This document shows positions 44,272-53,351 of a stretch of 64,000 bases of DNA, in pieces (position 1 is the first letter of the stretch; every line of letters begins with the position of its first letter). Source of the DNA: a virus. Both the position numbers and the translations under genes were made by a program. The notes under the pieces were generated by a model that worked only from the letters and a program-made list of their open reading frames with translations, was not told the DNA's origin and made no database searches. The stretch covers positions 64,001-128,000 of IMG/VR virus record IMGVR_UViG_3300035670_000028; one strand, 5' to 3'.

Positions 44272-44534
44272 ACGATAAGTCAGAATCAGGTCTTAAAATC
44301 TCGCTGGCGATCTCCGGCATCATCTTGCTATTGGGCGCCATCTACCTAGCGTTCACCAGGGAGCAGAGATCCGCTGTGGAGAGAGTAGAGGCCCTTCGAA
44401 GACGGTGCGAGTCGACAGGCGGAGTGTACATTGAGGGCACATCTGGACCCTATGGCGGCGACACGCAGTTCTCCCTCTGCATTCCTGAGCGCGCATTCGA
44501 GTGCATCGACTCCGAGATAGTGGATGTCGAGTGA
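44268..44534 (+). CDS. Membrane-anchored small protein
   Basis: TM helix; CESTGG. Confidence 0.6.
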   Translation: MNDKSESGLKISLAISGIILLLGAIYLAFTREQRSAVERVEALRRRCESTGGVYIEGTSGPYGGDTQFSLCIPERAFECIDSEIVDVE

Positions 44535-44713
44535 TGGATGAAAAGGCCCACATTGATAGTATCGTCGTCGCGATCCGTCAGAGGATGCGGGCCCGATGGC
44601 CAAAATTGCAAATTCTTCAGGAGCTTGGTAAACAAGTGCCCATGGACCTGCTATTCATATGCTACAAGGCAGCTGCCCTGATGGAGCGCGATTACGGCAG
44701 GAGAATGGACTGA
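44534..44713 (+). CDS. Hypothetical protein
   Basis: TGATG overlap. Confidence 0.55.
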   Translation: MDEKAHIDSIVVAIRQRMRARWPKLQILQELGKQVPMDLLFICYKAAALMERDYGRRMD

Positions 44714-44723
44714 TCTTACTTAT

Positions 44724-44812
44724 AGAGGGGTGCGTGAGTGGTTGAAACGGCGGCACTGGAAATGCCGTGTGCCCGCAAAAGGGCACCGGAGGTTCGAATC
44801 CTCTCCTCTCTG
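44724..44812 (+). tRNA. tRNA-Ser(GGA)
   Basis: Acceptor AGAGGGG/CCTCTCT, anticodon arm CGGCA-CTGGAAA-TGCCG, long variable arm, GGAGG-TTCGAAT-CCTCT, G73; no encoded CCA. Confidence 0.92.
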
Positions 44813-44932
44813 CTAGAGACAGGGTGACGCATATTTAACGATTCATGCGATCACCACTTGATACCAAGGTAGTATGGGTGATGATAATCACCACAGGACT
44901 AGTCATTTACTTCAGCATTTTTAGGTGATAAC

Positions 44933-45193
44933 GTGATCTGGAACTATAGAATCATAAGACACCACAGTTCTCACACAGGTGACACAGGTGATGTTTGGTT
45001 CGCTGTGCACGAGGTGTACTACGATGAATCAGACAATCCTGTTGGCATCACTGAGCGACCGATCGCACCGCAGGGTCAGACGTTAGAGGAGGTGCTGAAG
45101 GACATGGAGCTCATGAAAGCAGCTGCAGATAAGCCCACGTTGGATTACACGCTATTCTCTGACACGGAACGAGGTAACAATGACGGTGAGTAG
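44933..45193 (+). CDS. Phage-type hypothetical protein
   Basis: WNYRII...VHEVYYD motif. Confidence 0.65.
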   Translation: MIWNYRIIRHHSSHTGDTGDVWFAVHEVYYDESDNPVGITERPIAPQGQTLEEVLKDMELMKAAADKPTLDYTLFSDTERGNNDGE

Positions 45194-45214
45194 AAAGTGT
45201 CCCTGTGATCATCT

Positions 45215-45472
45215 GTGTGCCTTCTGTGGAGTAGTCTTGTGAGCGGTGTGTACATGCATATGCAGGACGGACAGCTCTACCTGCTCAGGTGGGCACAAAG
45301 AGTCCTCACCTCACCGGCGCAGCTCGAGGCGATCGCCTACAATCAGCCTGGCCTTCGTGTGATTCAGGACGTCAATAGGATTGACTTTGTCACGCTGAGT
45401 CCTGAGGCGCTTCGCAGGCCCTCAGTTCCTCCAGTTGATCCCGCTTCCTCACCCCGGGGAGTTGACGAGTGA
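45215..45472 (+). CDS. Hypothetical protein
   Basis: ORF only; start uncertain. Confidence 0.4.
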   Translation: MCLLWSSLVSGVYMHMQDGQLYLLRWAQRVLTSPAQLEAIAYNQPGLRVIQDVNRIDFVTLSPEALRRPSVPPVDPASSPRGVDE

Positions 45473-45562
45473 TCGCGCTTTATTACGGCATTCTCATCTC
45501 CTTGCTAATTCTTCCGCCGGCTGTCGCGATCAAATGCGATACCTATGTCAAGGAGGTTGTGT

Positions 45563-45781
45563 ATGAACAATCGTCTGCTAATGATAAAGGTGTTCCTGTG
45601 GCGGCTGGTGTCAATTCCGATATCAGCTATCGCGACCTATGTCTACACCGGTGAGATGAGGAGCTCGATCGAGCTCACAGTGATCCTCACCATTGTCCTC
45701 ACCACATGTCAGTTTGTGTACGAGAAGATGTGGCGCGCGTTCTTGGTGGATAGGCTGAAAAAGGTTCTAAAGAAATTGTAA
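45563..45781 (+). CDS. DUF2061-like small membrane protein
   Basis: K...WR..S.....YVYTG ... YEKMW pattern; AAGGAGG RBS. Confidence 0.6.
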   Translation: MNNRLLMIKVFLWRLVSIPISAIATYVYTGEMRSSIELTVILTIVLTTCQFVYEKMWRAFLVDRLKKVLKKL

Positions 45782-45804
45782 AGACACCTGACGCAATCTA
45801 TAAT
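45777..45804 (+). promoter_or_regulatory. TGTAAA-N16-TATAAT promoter upstream of tRNA-CAT
   Basis: Matches the recurring motif. Confidence 0.65.
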
Positions 45805-45817
45805 ATAAACATACTTC

Positions 45818-45900
45818 GGGCCGTTGGCGGAATTGGTCAAACGCAGTCGCCTCATAAGCGATCGCCTTCGGGTTTGGGGGTTCGAGTCCCTCACGGCCTA
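45818..45900 (+). tRNA. tRNA with CAT anticodon and long variable arm (Ile2-like arms, Leu-like core)
   Basis: GGGCCGT/ACGGCCT-A73; D arm GCG-GAATTGGTCAAA-CGC; GTCGC-CTCATAA-GCGAT; 13-nt variable region CGCCTTCGGGTTT; GGGGG-TTCGAGT-CCCTC. Confidence 0.88.
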
Positions 45901-45920
45901 CTAATTGTTGATTGAAAGAT

Positions 45921-46955
45921 ATGGAAACAGCTCTAAGTTTTGATGATGTGTTGCTGCTGCCGCAGCACTCCGATATCGCGCACAGGGGAGACATTGACAT
46001 CAGCGTCGACCTCAAGAGATTCGGAAAGATTCGAAGCCCCATCATCTCCTCACCGATGGACACGGTGACAGGTGGACGTCTAGCAAAGATGATGTGGCAC
46101 TTGGGAGGCCTAGGCATCATTCACCGCTACAACTCAGTGACATCACAGTGCGATGAGGTGGATACTGCCTGCACTACTTCAGGTGTCTCAAATCCCACAC
46201 ACCACTGCGGTGCTGCTGTGGGTGTGACAGGCGACTACCTTGAGCGCGCTGTGAGGCTTGTTGAGAAGGGCGCGTGCCTCATTTGCGTCGATGTCGCACA
46301 CGGCGACCACTCACAGGTGGTGTACGCAGTCGAGAGAATCCGCAAGGAAGTGGGAAGCAGAGTCCACATCATGGCGGGCAATGTGGCGACTCGAGAGGGA
46401 TTTGACCTGCTTGTCAGGTCGGGCGCGGACAGTGTTCGTGTTGGAATTGGCGGCGGATCGATCTGCAGCACACGCACACAGACAGGTCACGGCGCACCGA
46501 CCCTGTGGTCCATCATTGAGTGCGCGAAGTCGGAGAACTCAGGCGAGGCAGCCATCATCGCAGACGGCGGCATTAAGACATCAGGTGACGCTGTCAAAGC
46601 TCTCGCGGCAGGAGCTGATGCTGTCATGCTGGGATCAATGCTGTCTGGAACTGATGAGACTCCGGGCGATCCTGTCTGGATGAACCTGCGGTCCTACAAG
46701 AAGTACAGGGGCATGGCCTCAGTGGAGGCACAGGTTTCCTGGAGGGGACACGCAGCCTCAGAGGAGGGTGTCACTGCATGGGTGCCCTGCAAGGGTCCGC
46801 TTCACGAGGTGCTCGGATCGATCGAGCGTGGAATTCGTAGCGGCCTCTCCTATTCCGGAGCAGTCAGCATCGCAAACCTGCAGGCAAAGGCGAAGTTTAT
46901 GAGAATCACGCCTGCAGGTATACTAGAGAGCACTACACACATCAACAACATCTGA
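45921..46955 (+). CDS. IMP dehydrogenase/GMP reductase family, no CBS domains
   Basis: [48 protein letters not shown]. Confidence 0.93.
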   Translation: METALSFDDVLLLPQHSDIAHRGDIDISVDLKRFGKIRSPIISSPMDTVTGGRLAKMMWHLGGLGIIHRYNSVTSQCDEVDTACTTSGVSNPTHHCGAAVGVTGDYLERAVRLVEKGACLICVDVAHGDHSQVVYAVERIRKEVGSRVHIMAGNVATREGFDLLVRSGADSVRVGIGGGSICSTRTQTGHGAPTLWSIIECAKSENSGEAAIIADGGIKTSGDAVKALAAGADAVMLGSMLSGTDETPGDPVWMNLRSYKKYRGMASVEAQVSWRGHAASEEGVTAWVPCKGPLHEVLGSIERGIRSGLSYSGAVSIANLQAKAKFMRITPAGILESTTHINNI

Positions 46956-46961
46956 GGTCAC

Positions 46962-47198
46962 ATGGATAATCAAGAGACAGCGACTAGCACTTCCTCACTT
47001 CTTGTCACTGCGCTGCAGAGCCACTTCAAGGCAAAGCGCGATCAGGCGGTGGCACACCTGAGCGTTTACATCAACAATCCGGTGGGAGTGGGCGACCACC
47101 AAAATCTCCTCAAGGAGTGTGTGGACCTAGTTGACCAGATCAGCGCAGCAGAGGAAAACATGCGTGTTGTTCAGAAGCTCTTCGTGAGGAAGGACTGA
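46962..47198 (+). CDS. Phage-type hypothetical protein
   Basis: VY.NNPVGVGDH motif. Confidence 0.65.
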   Translation: MDNQETATSTSSLLVTALQSHFKAKRDQAVAHLSVYINNPVGVGDHQNLLKECVDLVDQISAAEENMRVVQKLFVRKD

Positions 47199-47201
47199 GT
47201 C

Positions 47202-47417
47202 ATGCCCTCCATTAGAACAGGTGACAAGGTCTGCTTCATCATGAATATGAGCATGAAGGGCACAGTCGTTGAGACCTACGAGAGACGGCACAACACAATG
47301 ATGGTGGATGGCCCCCTCTCCACGTCAATATACGCGCGAGTTAGGCTGACTAATCCACGTCCGGGTGTCGATCCCCTCATCGAGTGCAGACTTCAGGATC
47401 TCATGCGAGATGACTGA
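47202..47417 (+). CDS. Small SH3-like protein
   Basis: IRTGDKV. Confidence 0.6.
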   Translation: MPSIRTGDKVCFIMNMSMKGTVVETYERRHNTMMVDGPLSTSIYARVRLTNPRPGVDPLIECRLQDLMRDD

Positions 47418-47691
47418 CTCCGCATGGTGGCTCTATGTGGTTGAGTGCTCAGACGGCACTCTCTACTGTGGAGTCACCACGAGCATTTCGCGGCGAGTGA
47501 GTGAGCACAACACTTCTCAACGTGGAGCGAAGTACACAAGATCACGGAGGCCTGTGAGCCTCGTCTACTCTGAGCAGTGCAGCAGCAGGTCAGACGCGCT
47601 CAGGAGGGAGGCCGCCTTCAAACGGATGACACGCAGGCAGAAATTGCACCTGATTCATCAATACGGTGCTGTTCTTTGTGCGATTCCATAG
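47410..47691 (+). CDS. GIY-YIG nuclease (YhbQ/UPF0213-like)
   Basis: WLYVVECSDGTLYCG.T....RR..EHN..GAKYTRSRRPV.LVY.E....ALRRE. Confidence 0.9.
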   Translation: MTDSAWWLYVVECSDGTLYCGVTTSISRRVSEHNTSQRGAKYTRSRRPVSLVYSEQCSSRSDALRREAAFKRMTRRQKLHLIHQYGAVLCAIP

Positions 47692-47724
47692 TTACAATTG
47701 ACGTGACATCCACGGGAGGTGATC

Positions 47725-48288
47725 ATGAGAGTGTTAGTTATCTCTGGCGAAGTTTCCCTTCCGCGTCCGTTCGCCTACGGACTCACTGGTGCCTCCGATG
47801 TGAAAACCATCGGAATCGTTGATCAGGACTTTCTAGCGCTATGTGAGAAATATGGAGACTCGAGGAGCATCTCATCGTCTGAGATGCAGAGCTTCATGAA
47901 GAGTGCAGTTGAGCACACAACAAGTGTTGTTCGAAACACAGACATTGATGTTGTCGTCGGCGTAGGATATGGTGCCCAGGTCCTATCGAACCTCAACAAT
48001 GCATATGAGTGGAGGGGCCCCTCTGTGTTTGTCTACTCTGAGGGCACTACACGTGTGAGTGTCACATCTAGGCCACTGCCGGAAGAGGTTGACTTTGACA
48101 CTCGACCAGTTCGTTCAGTTGTAGTTGTTGTTGATGACTCCACACAGAAGATTGGCTCATCGGTCAAGAGAATATCTCAGGATCTAGACGTTGTCATGCA
48201 CCTGAATGTGAGCTCAAAGATGTGGGACAGCTTGTTCTATAAACATGGAGTGATTTCAAGCTGTGTGCATTCAATTGCACTTCCGTAG
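47725..48288 (+). CDS. Hypothetical protein (possible degenerate alpha/beta hydrolase)
   Basis: DVVVGVGYGA in place of GxSxG. Confidence 0.5.
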   Translation: MRVLVISGEVSLPRPFAYGLTGASDVKTIGIVDQDFLALCEKYGDSRSISSSEMQSFMKSAVEHTTSVVRNTDIDVVVGVGYGAQVLSNLNNAYEWRGPSVFVYSEGTTRVSVTSRPLPEEVDFDTRPVRSVVVVVDDSTQKIGSSVKRISQDLDVVMHLNVSSKMWDSLFYKHGVISSCVHSIALP

Positions 48289-48289
48289 G

Positions 48290-48892
48290 TCACTCGTATG
48301 TAATGTACAATCCCTCTAAAGTTGCTGTGACATCATCTGTGGCTGTTGATGTTGCAGATATCTCCACTTCAATCCACGATCCTGTTGGATCTGACGATGA
48401 GACGTATGGTGCGTTTACAAACACATAGCCATTCGAATCTGTTATTGCTGTAAATGTTCCTAGTGTTGTTACCACGCCTATCGTCTTGAGACTCACAGTG
48501 CAGCTCACTTCTGTCAAGCCTGCGCCTGATGTCATGTAAATGAGTGCAGAAGCATCTGAACCTACGGTGCCTGCTGGCATGTAGAGATATCCTGCCGTCG
48601 ACGTGGTTGTATTTGGACTTGCATTAGCTGTCTTAGCTGTCACTGTCTCCGTGATGCTTACATTAGGACCCATGGGCGCGTCACGTGGTAATTGACAAGT
48701 CTGAACTATTCTGTCGTATAGAGACGTAACTGTCTCTGACGTGAAATATGAAGTTCCGTCACTTAGCCTGACAACAGTTTCACTTGTATTTGGATCCTGC
48801 TTGACTTCTAAAATTTCTGTGCAGTTGACATACACAGGAAGGAGACGATTTACACGCTGCTTGTCTTTTGCATTTACTAGTACTAGTGTCAT
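48290..48892 (-). CDS. Protein with FlbD-like N-terminal domain and Thr-rich beta C-terminus
   Basis: VYVN..EI..V...ETVVRLSDG....SET...I; ATACTTA on minus strand at 48901-48907. Confidence 0.55.
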   Translation of the reverse strand: MTLVLVNAKDKQRVNRLLPVYVNCTEILEVKQDPNTSETVVRLSDGTSYFTSETVTSLYDRIVQTCQLPRDAPMGPNVSITETVTAKTANASPNTTTSTAGYLYMPAGTVGSDASALIYMTSGAGLTEVSCTVSLKTIGVVTTLGTFTAITDSNGYVFVNAPYVSSSDPTGSWIEVEISATSTATDDVTATLEGLYITYE

Positions 48893-48968
48893 GATGCAAC
48901 TAAGTATAGAACCGTGTATAAAATCATATAGGCGTGGCTAAACTAGACTAGGAGGTTAGATATGCCGA

Positions 48969-49325
48969 GTGTACTATCGGGCACGTGATCGGGCCATGAA
49001 GAATGGGCTGCCCTTTCACGTTGCAGCGGTCCTGAGACGGGCGGGTCAGATCGTCCGAATCGGCGTCAATTCCTTCAAGACGCATCCAAAGTTCATGCGC
49101 ACTTACCCAGACGGCAGTAACGCAGCGCACATGCACGCCGAGATGGATGTCCTGCGTTTTGCGGAGCCTGGCGACGAGCTCGAGGTGATGCGATTCCGAA
49201 AGTGCGGTGAGTTTGGGATGGCAAAGCCCTGCAAGTACTGCATGCAGCACATCCTCGAATCTGGTGTGCGCAAGGTGAAGTACACAGATGAGTCTGGTGT
49301 CTGGAAGACTATTAAGATCAAGTGA
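48969..49325 (+). CDS. Zn-dependent cytidine-deaminase-superfamily protein
   Basis: HAE and KPCKYC motifs. Confidence 0.8.
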   Translation: MYYRARDRAMKNGLPFHVAAVLRRAGQIVRIGVNSFKTHPKFMRTYPDGSNAAHMHAEMDVLRFAEPGDELEVMRFRKCGEFGMAKPCKYCMQHILESGVRKVKYTDESGVWKTIKIK

Positions 49326-49343
49326 TGCTTAGAATGGAGACTT

Positions 49344-49556
49344 ATGAATAATCTAGAAAAAGCAGACGAAGCGAGAGTGGGTGACATCTGCAACTACTGG
49401 AACAAGACAGTGATTGTCCACAAGCTGGGACCTGAGCCTGGATGGGCTGAGGTTCTCAAGATCAAGAATCCCAACATTCCAAGCCAAGTTTCAGGCGTGC
49501 CATTTTCAGTTCGTCTCACACAGCTGAATATTGTGAAGCGGGCACGGACGTCTTAA
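49344..49556 (+). CDS. Small SH3-like protein
   Basis: ARVGDI. Confidence 0.55.
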   Translation: MNNLEKADEARVGDICNYWNKTVIVHKLGPEPGWAEVLKIKNPNIPSQVSGVPFSVRLTQLNIVKRARTS

Positions 49557-49557
49557 T

Positions 49558-49836
49558 GTGGCCATCAAGTCTGGAGACGCTGTCCAACTCAATCCTACGT
49601 CGATTTCATCACACTTTTTTGACCTACGACGCTTCTTTCCTGACGATGATGATTGGAATTTTATCAGCTCACTTCCAAGCACTGTGGGACTTGTTGTTAG
49701 AGTTCGGACAAGGGAGATGAGCTTTCCCACAATTGCTAGAGGGGTTGAGGAGGTAAGAGTTATTCAGACAGCAGAGGTTGTGTGGCCCAGTGGAAGGGTG
49801 AACAACTGCCCAGTTGAATTTTTGAATAGGGTCTGA
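49558..49836 (+). CDS. Small SH3-like protein
   Basis: IKSGDAV. Confidence 0.55.
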   Translation: MAIKSGDAVQLNPTSISSHFFDLRRFFPDDDDWNFISSLPSTVGLVVRVRTREMSFPTIARGVEEVRVIQTAEVVWPSGRVNNCPVEFLNRV

Positions 49837-49842
49837 TATACT

Positions 49843-50079
49843 ATGCCAGTGGAGAAGCTCATCACAATCAGCCTTCCTGAGAGGTCCATCGCGACACTTC
49901 TCAACATCGTCGAGCAGAACGTGAGAGATGCCGAGCAGGAGCTAAGCGTAGGTCTTCAGCACGAGGACACCAGCGTGATCGCTGACTCAGAGGCTACTCT
50001 TCGTGCGCTGGATCCAATTTATCGTGAGCTAGCGCGGCTAGGAACCACAGAGGCGCGTCAAGGAGAGAAATACAGATGA
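49843..50079 (+). CDS. Hypothetical protein
   Basis: ORF in operon. Confidence 0.55.
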   Translation: MPVEKLITISLPERSIATLLNIVEQNVRDAEQELSVGLQHEDTSVIADSEATLRALDPIYRELARLGTTEARQGEKYR

Positions 50080-50771
50080 CTCAGGAATCGATTGAGATGC
50101 CACCACTAGTGGCAAAGTTTTTAAGCGAGGTTGTTCTAAAGATTAATCCTGACTTTCGAATCAGGAACAAGGCAAAGCCGGTTGGTCTTTACTCGTGGGT
50201 GAGGCCAATTGCAAAGATCTTCAACAAAGGATTTGACACTAGATACATCACTGTCATCAATGGCGAGTGTTGGTTTCCCGCGTCATACTTCGACAAGGAT
50301 GGCACAAAGTTCATCGGTGACGATCGAAGAACTGTGGAGATTCTCGCGCATGAGGCTATTCACGAATTCGATCGTAAGCGACTGGGAACGATTCCTTTCA
50401 CTTGCATGTATTTATTCCCACAGATACTCGCTGTGTTCTCTCTTCTTTCTGTTCTTGCTGTGTGGAACATGTGGTGGCTTCTCTGCCTCCTCTTCCTCTT
50501 ATTTCTAGCACCCATTCCTGCACCTGGTCGTACTTGGATCGAGGTGCGCGGCTACAAGACCAACATGACCTTCAGCAGGATGAGTGGTTGGGATCCTTAT
50601 CTTGTGTCATTTGGAATCATTGACACAAACTTTGTAGGTCCAAACTACTACTACATGATGCCCTTTCGCGACTGGGTCGCTAGGCGACTGCTTGACTTCT
50701 CACATGAATCTGAGCCCATTTACGCGTCAATGATTGCCTGGTATAGGAAGAACATGATGGTGTCACCATGA
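50076..50771 (+). CDS. Membrane zincin-like metallopeptidase
   Basis: LAHEAIH, TM hairpin, E..GY. Confidence 0.6.
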   Translation: MTQESIEMPPLVAKFLSEVVLKINPDFRIRNKAKPVGLYSWVRPIAKIFNKGFDTRYITVINGECWFPASYFDKDGTKFIGDDRRTVEILAHEAIHEFDRKRLGTIPFTCMYLFPQILAVFSLLSVLAVWNMWWLLCLLFLLFLAPIPAPGRTWIEVRGYKTNMTFSRMSGWDPYLVSFGIIDTNFVGPNYYYMMPFRDWVARRLLDFSHESEPIYASMIAWYRKNMMVSP

Positions 50772-51127
50772 GTGGCGAGAAGAAGTATCAGGAGATTGCT
50801 GAGGAGATCGGTCGCCTCGTGCAGGAGAAGAACGAGGCGTACGGAGACTCATTCGGGCAGGCGTGCAGGATCCTCGAGGTACTGTACCCCTGGGGAATCC
50901 AGCCGACGCAGTACAGGGACGCGCTAGCAATCACTCGAGTGATCGATAAGCTCTTCAGGCTGGCAAACAAGAAGGATGCCTTCGGAGAGTCTCCGTGGCG
51001 TGACATATGCGGCTACGCCATTCTTGGCGTGGCAAATGACGCTCGCGTAAATGAGAGCACAGATCTGCAGCGCTCCCAGTACATCGACCCGTTCGAGGTC
51101 GTTGAAATTGTGAGGGAAGAAAAGTGA
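50768..51127 (+). CDS. DUF1599/nucleotide-modification-associated all-alpha protein
   Basis: KN.AYGDSF, R..DKL.R, ESPWRDI.GY. Confidence 0.7.
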   Translation: MSGEKKYQEIAEEIGRLVQEKNEAYGDSFGQACRILEVLYPWGIQPTQYRDALAITRVIDKLFRLANKKDAFGESPWRDICGYAILGVANDARVNESTDLQRSQYIDPFEVVEIVREEK

Positions 51128-51597
51128 CAGTAGGATTCACATGCGGATCATTTGATCTCCTTCACGCTGGTCATGCCCTCATGCTTGAGGAGGCAAGAAG
51201 TCACTGCGATAAGCTAATTGTGGGCCTACAGACAGACCCCACCATCGATCGTCCTGAGAAGAACAAGCCTATCATGAGCCTCTCAGAGCGGCTCATTTTG
51301 CTCAGGTCAATTCGATGGGTGGATGAAGTGTGCACGTACAGCACAGAGGCTGAGCTCTTCACTCTTCTCAAGAGCCTTATGCCTGATGTGAGGATCATCG
51401 GCGCTGATTGGAAGGGAAAGCAGTTCACTGGGTGGGAGCTGCCAATTCGCGTGGTCTTCAACACACGAGACCACGAGTACTCAACGTCATCGCTCAGGCA
51501 GAGAGTCGCCGGCGCCGAGCTCGAGCGAGCTGCTTCAGATGCCCTTGCGCCCTACATGAAGGATGTGACAAAGCTACCTCAGAAGCAGCGACAGTGA
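51124..51597 (+). CDS. TagD/RfaE-type cytidylyltransferase
   Basis: GSFDLLHAGH, LIVGL.TD, ER...L....VDEV, GADW, STSSLR. Confidence 0.9.
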   Translation: MTVGFTCGSFDLLHAGHALMLEEARSHCDKLIVGLQTDPTIDRPEKNKPIMSLSERLILLRSIRWVDEVCTYSTEAELFTLLKSLMPDVRIIGADWKGKQFTGWELPIRVVFNTRDHEYSTSSLRQRVAGAELERAASDALAPYMKDVTKLPQKQRQ

Positions 51598-51668
51598 CAC
51601 CAGAATAATAGCTGTTCCTCCTCCGCACTGTCGACATATTTACTAGTGTTCCGCGGAGAGAGTGTCGC

Positions 51669-52499
51669 ATGCATCATTCTGGAGCAACTTATCAATCACA
51701 CACATGGGAGCCTGTGTTAGGCGACAGCGTTGTCAACACGAATCCGGGCTGCAAGCACAAGGGATCAGAGGGAATTGTTGTAGACATTGCAGACCTCCCT
51801 AAGGACGCTGGAAAGACAGTTACCTACTGCTGCACAAACTCAGGTGACAATTGGTACAAGGGTGACTTTCTCACCAAGACGATGGATCAGCTCTCGCCTC
51901 TCGGCGGCGCTGTAACTGAGGGCGCATCCTACCACGTTCACAAGGGAGTGGGCGTCGACAGGCCCATTTATCGTCCAGGCACTCCAAAGTTCTTTCAGCT
52001 CATGACTGAGATGCGGGCTCTCACCAATGCCGGCGTCTACGTGCCGAGGAGCGGGTGGGAGTCAGAGCTCCTATCGACAGACATTGGAAGGTGGGCAACT
52101 TTTGAGGGCAAGCGTGTGCCACTCGACTTTCCCATCCTGGAGAGATCAGGAGACTGGGACGGACCCTGCGAGAAGTGCAAGGAAGAGGTCGAGGCTGAGG
52201 AGAGTGTCCTGCCCGAGGCGAAGTACAAGGGCAAGGAGGTCGAGCTCGGGAAGCCCAAGAAGGGTTCCGGAGGCAAGGCGTACGTATACGTTAGGGATGA
52301 TAAGACAGGCAATGTAAAGAAGGTCTCGTTTGGATCTTCCATGCCCGACGCCATGGGTGACTCTGACGCTGCTAAAAAGCGTCGCAAGGCTTTCGGCGAT
52401 CGACATAACTGCTCGGATAAGAAGGACAGAACGAAGCCGGGATATTGGGCATGCCGCGCGACCAAGTTCTTTGGTCGTAATATTTCAGGATGGTGGTGA
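51669..52499 (+). CDS. Multi-module putative virion protein
   Basis: Three modules separated by VTE/LPE; C-terminal RKAF..RH.C...GYW.C; ATATTTA at 51636. Confidence 0.65.
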   Translation: MHHSGATYQSHTWEPVLGDSVVNTNPGCKHKGSEGIVVDIADLPKDAGKTVTYCCTNSGDNWYKGDFLTKTMDQLSPLGGAVTEGASYHVHKGVGVDRPIYRPGTPKFFQLMTEMRALTNAGVYVPRSGWESELLSTDIGRWATFEGKRVPLDFPILERSGDWDGPCEKCKEEVEAEESVLPEAKYKGKEVELGKPKKGSGGKAYVYVRDDKTGNVKKVSFGSSMPDAMGDSDAAKKRRKAFGDRHNCSDKKDRTKPGYWACRATKFFGRNISGWW

Positions 52500-52502
52500 C
52501 AC

Positions 52503-52958
52503 ATGCCTCGTCGAGCAGCACAAACAGCCGCGGTCAAGAAGCCTCGTAGAAGCTCTTCTAAACCCAAGCAGAAGAAGTCGACAGGTGGCGACTGCTACGA
52601 AGCAGCCGCTAACTTCATCATGCGCAGATCGACACTGCACATGATGTCAGGCGGTAAGGTGGGCGGAAGCGCCGAAGAGGTTGCGAATTTCATCGTTGTT
52701 CACGCTGAGGTGATGGGTCAGGGCCCACTCGAGGGAACATCATTCGGTCACGCTTTCGTTATTGATACTGCATCTGACACGGTGATCGATCAGTCCAACG
52801 GTAGAGACATCAGACTTCCTAGAATGATTTACTACGCGATCGGCGCAATTGAGGAGATAGGCAACTATCACGAGTACACGCCGGAAGAGGTCATGGAGAA
52901 CCTCATCAAGTACAAGCACTATGGCCCCTGGGATCTCAAGACCTCCAGTGGACTTTGA
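52503..52958 (+). CDS. Putative Cys-His-Asp (transglutaminase/papain-like) protein
   Basis: GDCYEAA...GHAFV...VID pattern. Confidence 0.55.
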   Translation: MPRRAAQTAAVKKPRRSSSKPKQKKSTGGDCYEAAANFIMRRSTLHMMSGGKVGGSAEEVANFIVVHAEVMGQGPLEGTSFGHAFVIDTASDTVIDQSNGRDIRLPRMIYYAIGAIEEIGNYHEYTPEEVMENLIKYKHYGPWDLKTSSGL

Positions 52959-52967
52959 GGAGAACCT

Positions 52968-53351
52968 GTGATGGACAAGGACAACATTTTTACGATGGCC
53001 TCTGTGAAGGGTGCCTCCGTTAGCGCTGATGATCTCGCGACTGCTGAGGAAGCGCTGGCGGGTGCAGAAGTGTCTGAGGCTGTGTACGAGCGAGTCAGGC
53101 GTGCAGTTCGAAAGACGCTGAGAGAGGACATCGGTAAGGTGTGGATGGACTACGGTCACTATGGCAGTGACACTGACGCGCCTCCCGACCACGACACATC
53201 CTCCTGGTCTCCCTTGGATGACGTTGAGGACGACGCGCGAGAAGTTCTCTCAGCACCCTATGTGAGTAGGAATAGGACAGTGGAGGCGAAGCTCCGTCTC
53301 AGAATTCGTGCAATCATGAAAGAGTCTAATCACCGCAGCAGGAAGTCATGA
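52968..53351 (+). CDS. Tagged putative virion protein
   Basis: VRRAVRKTLRE; LRLRIRAIMKE. Confidence 0.6.
   Translation: MMDKDNIFTMASVKGASVSADDLATAEEALAGAEVSEAVYERVRRAVRKTLREDIGKVWMDYGHYGSDTDAPPDHDTSSWSPLDDVEDDAREVLSAPYVSRNRTVEAKLRLRIRAIMKESNHRSRKS

Noticed and set aside
45818-45900. Ordinary initiator or elongator tRNA-Met
   Set aside because: No C1:A72 mismatch, no three G-C pairs in the anticodon stem, and it has a long variable arm.
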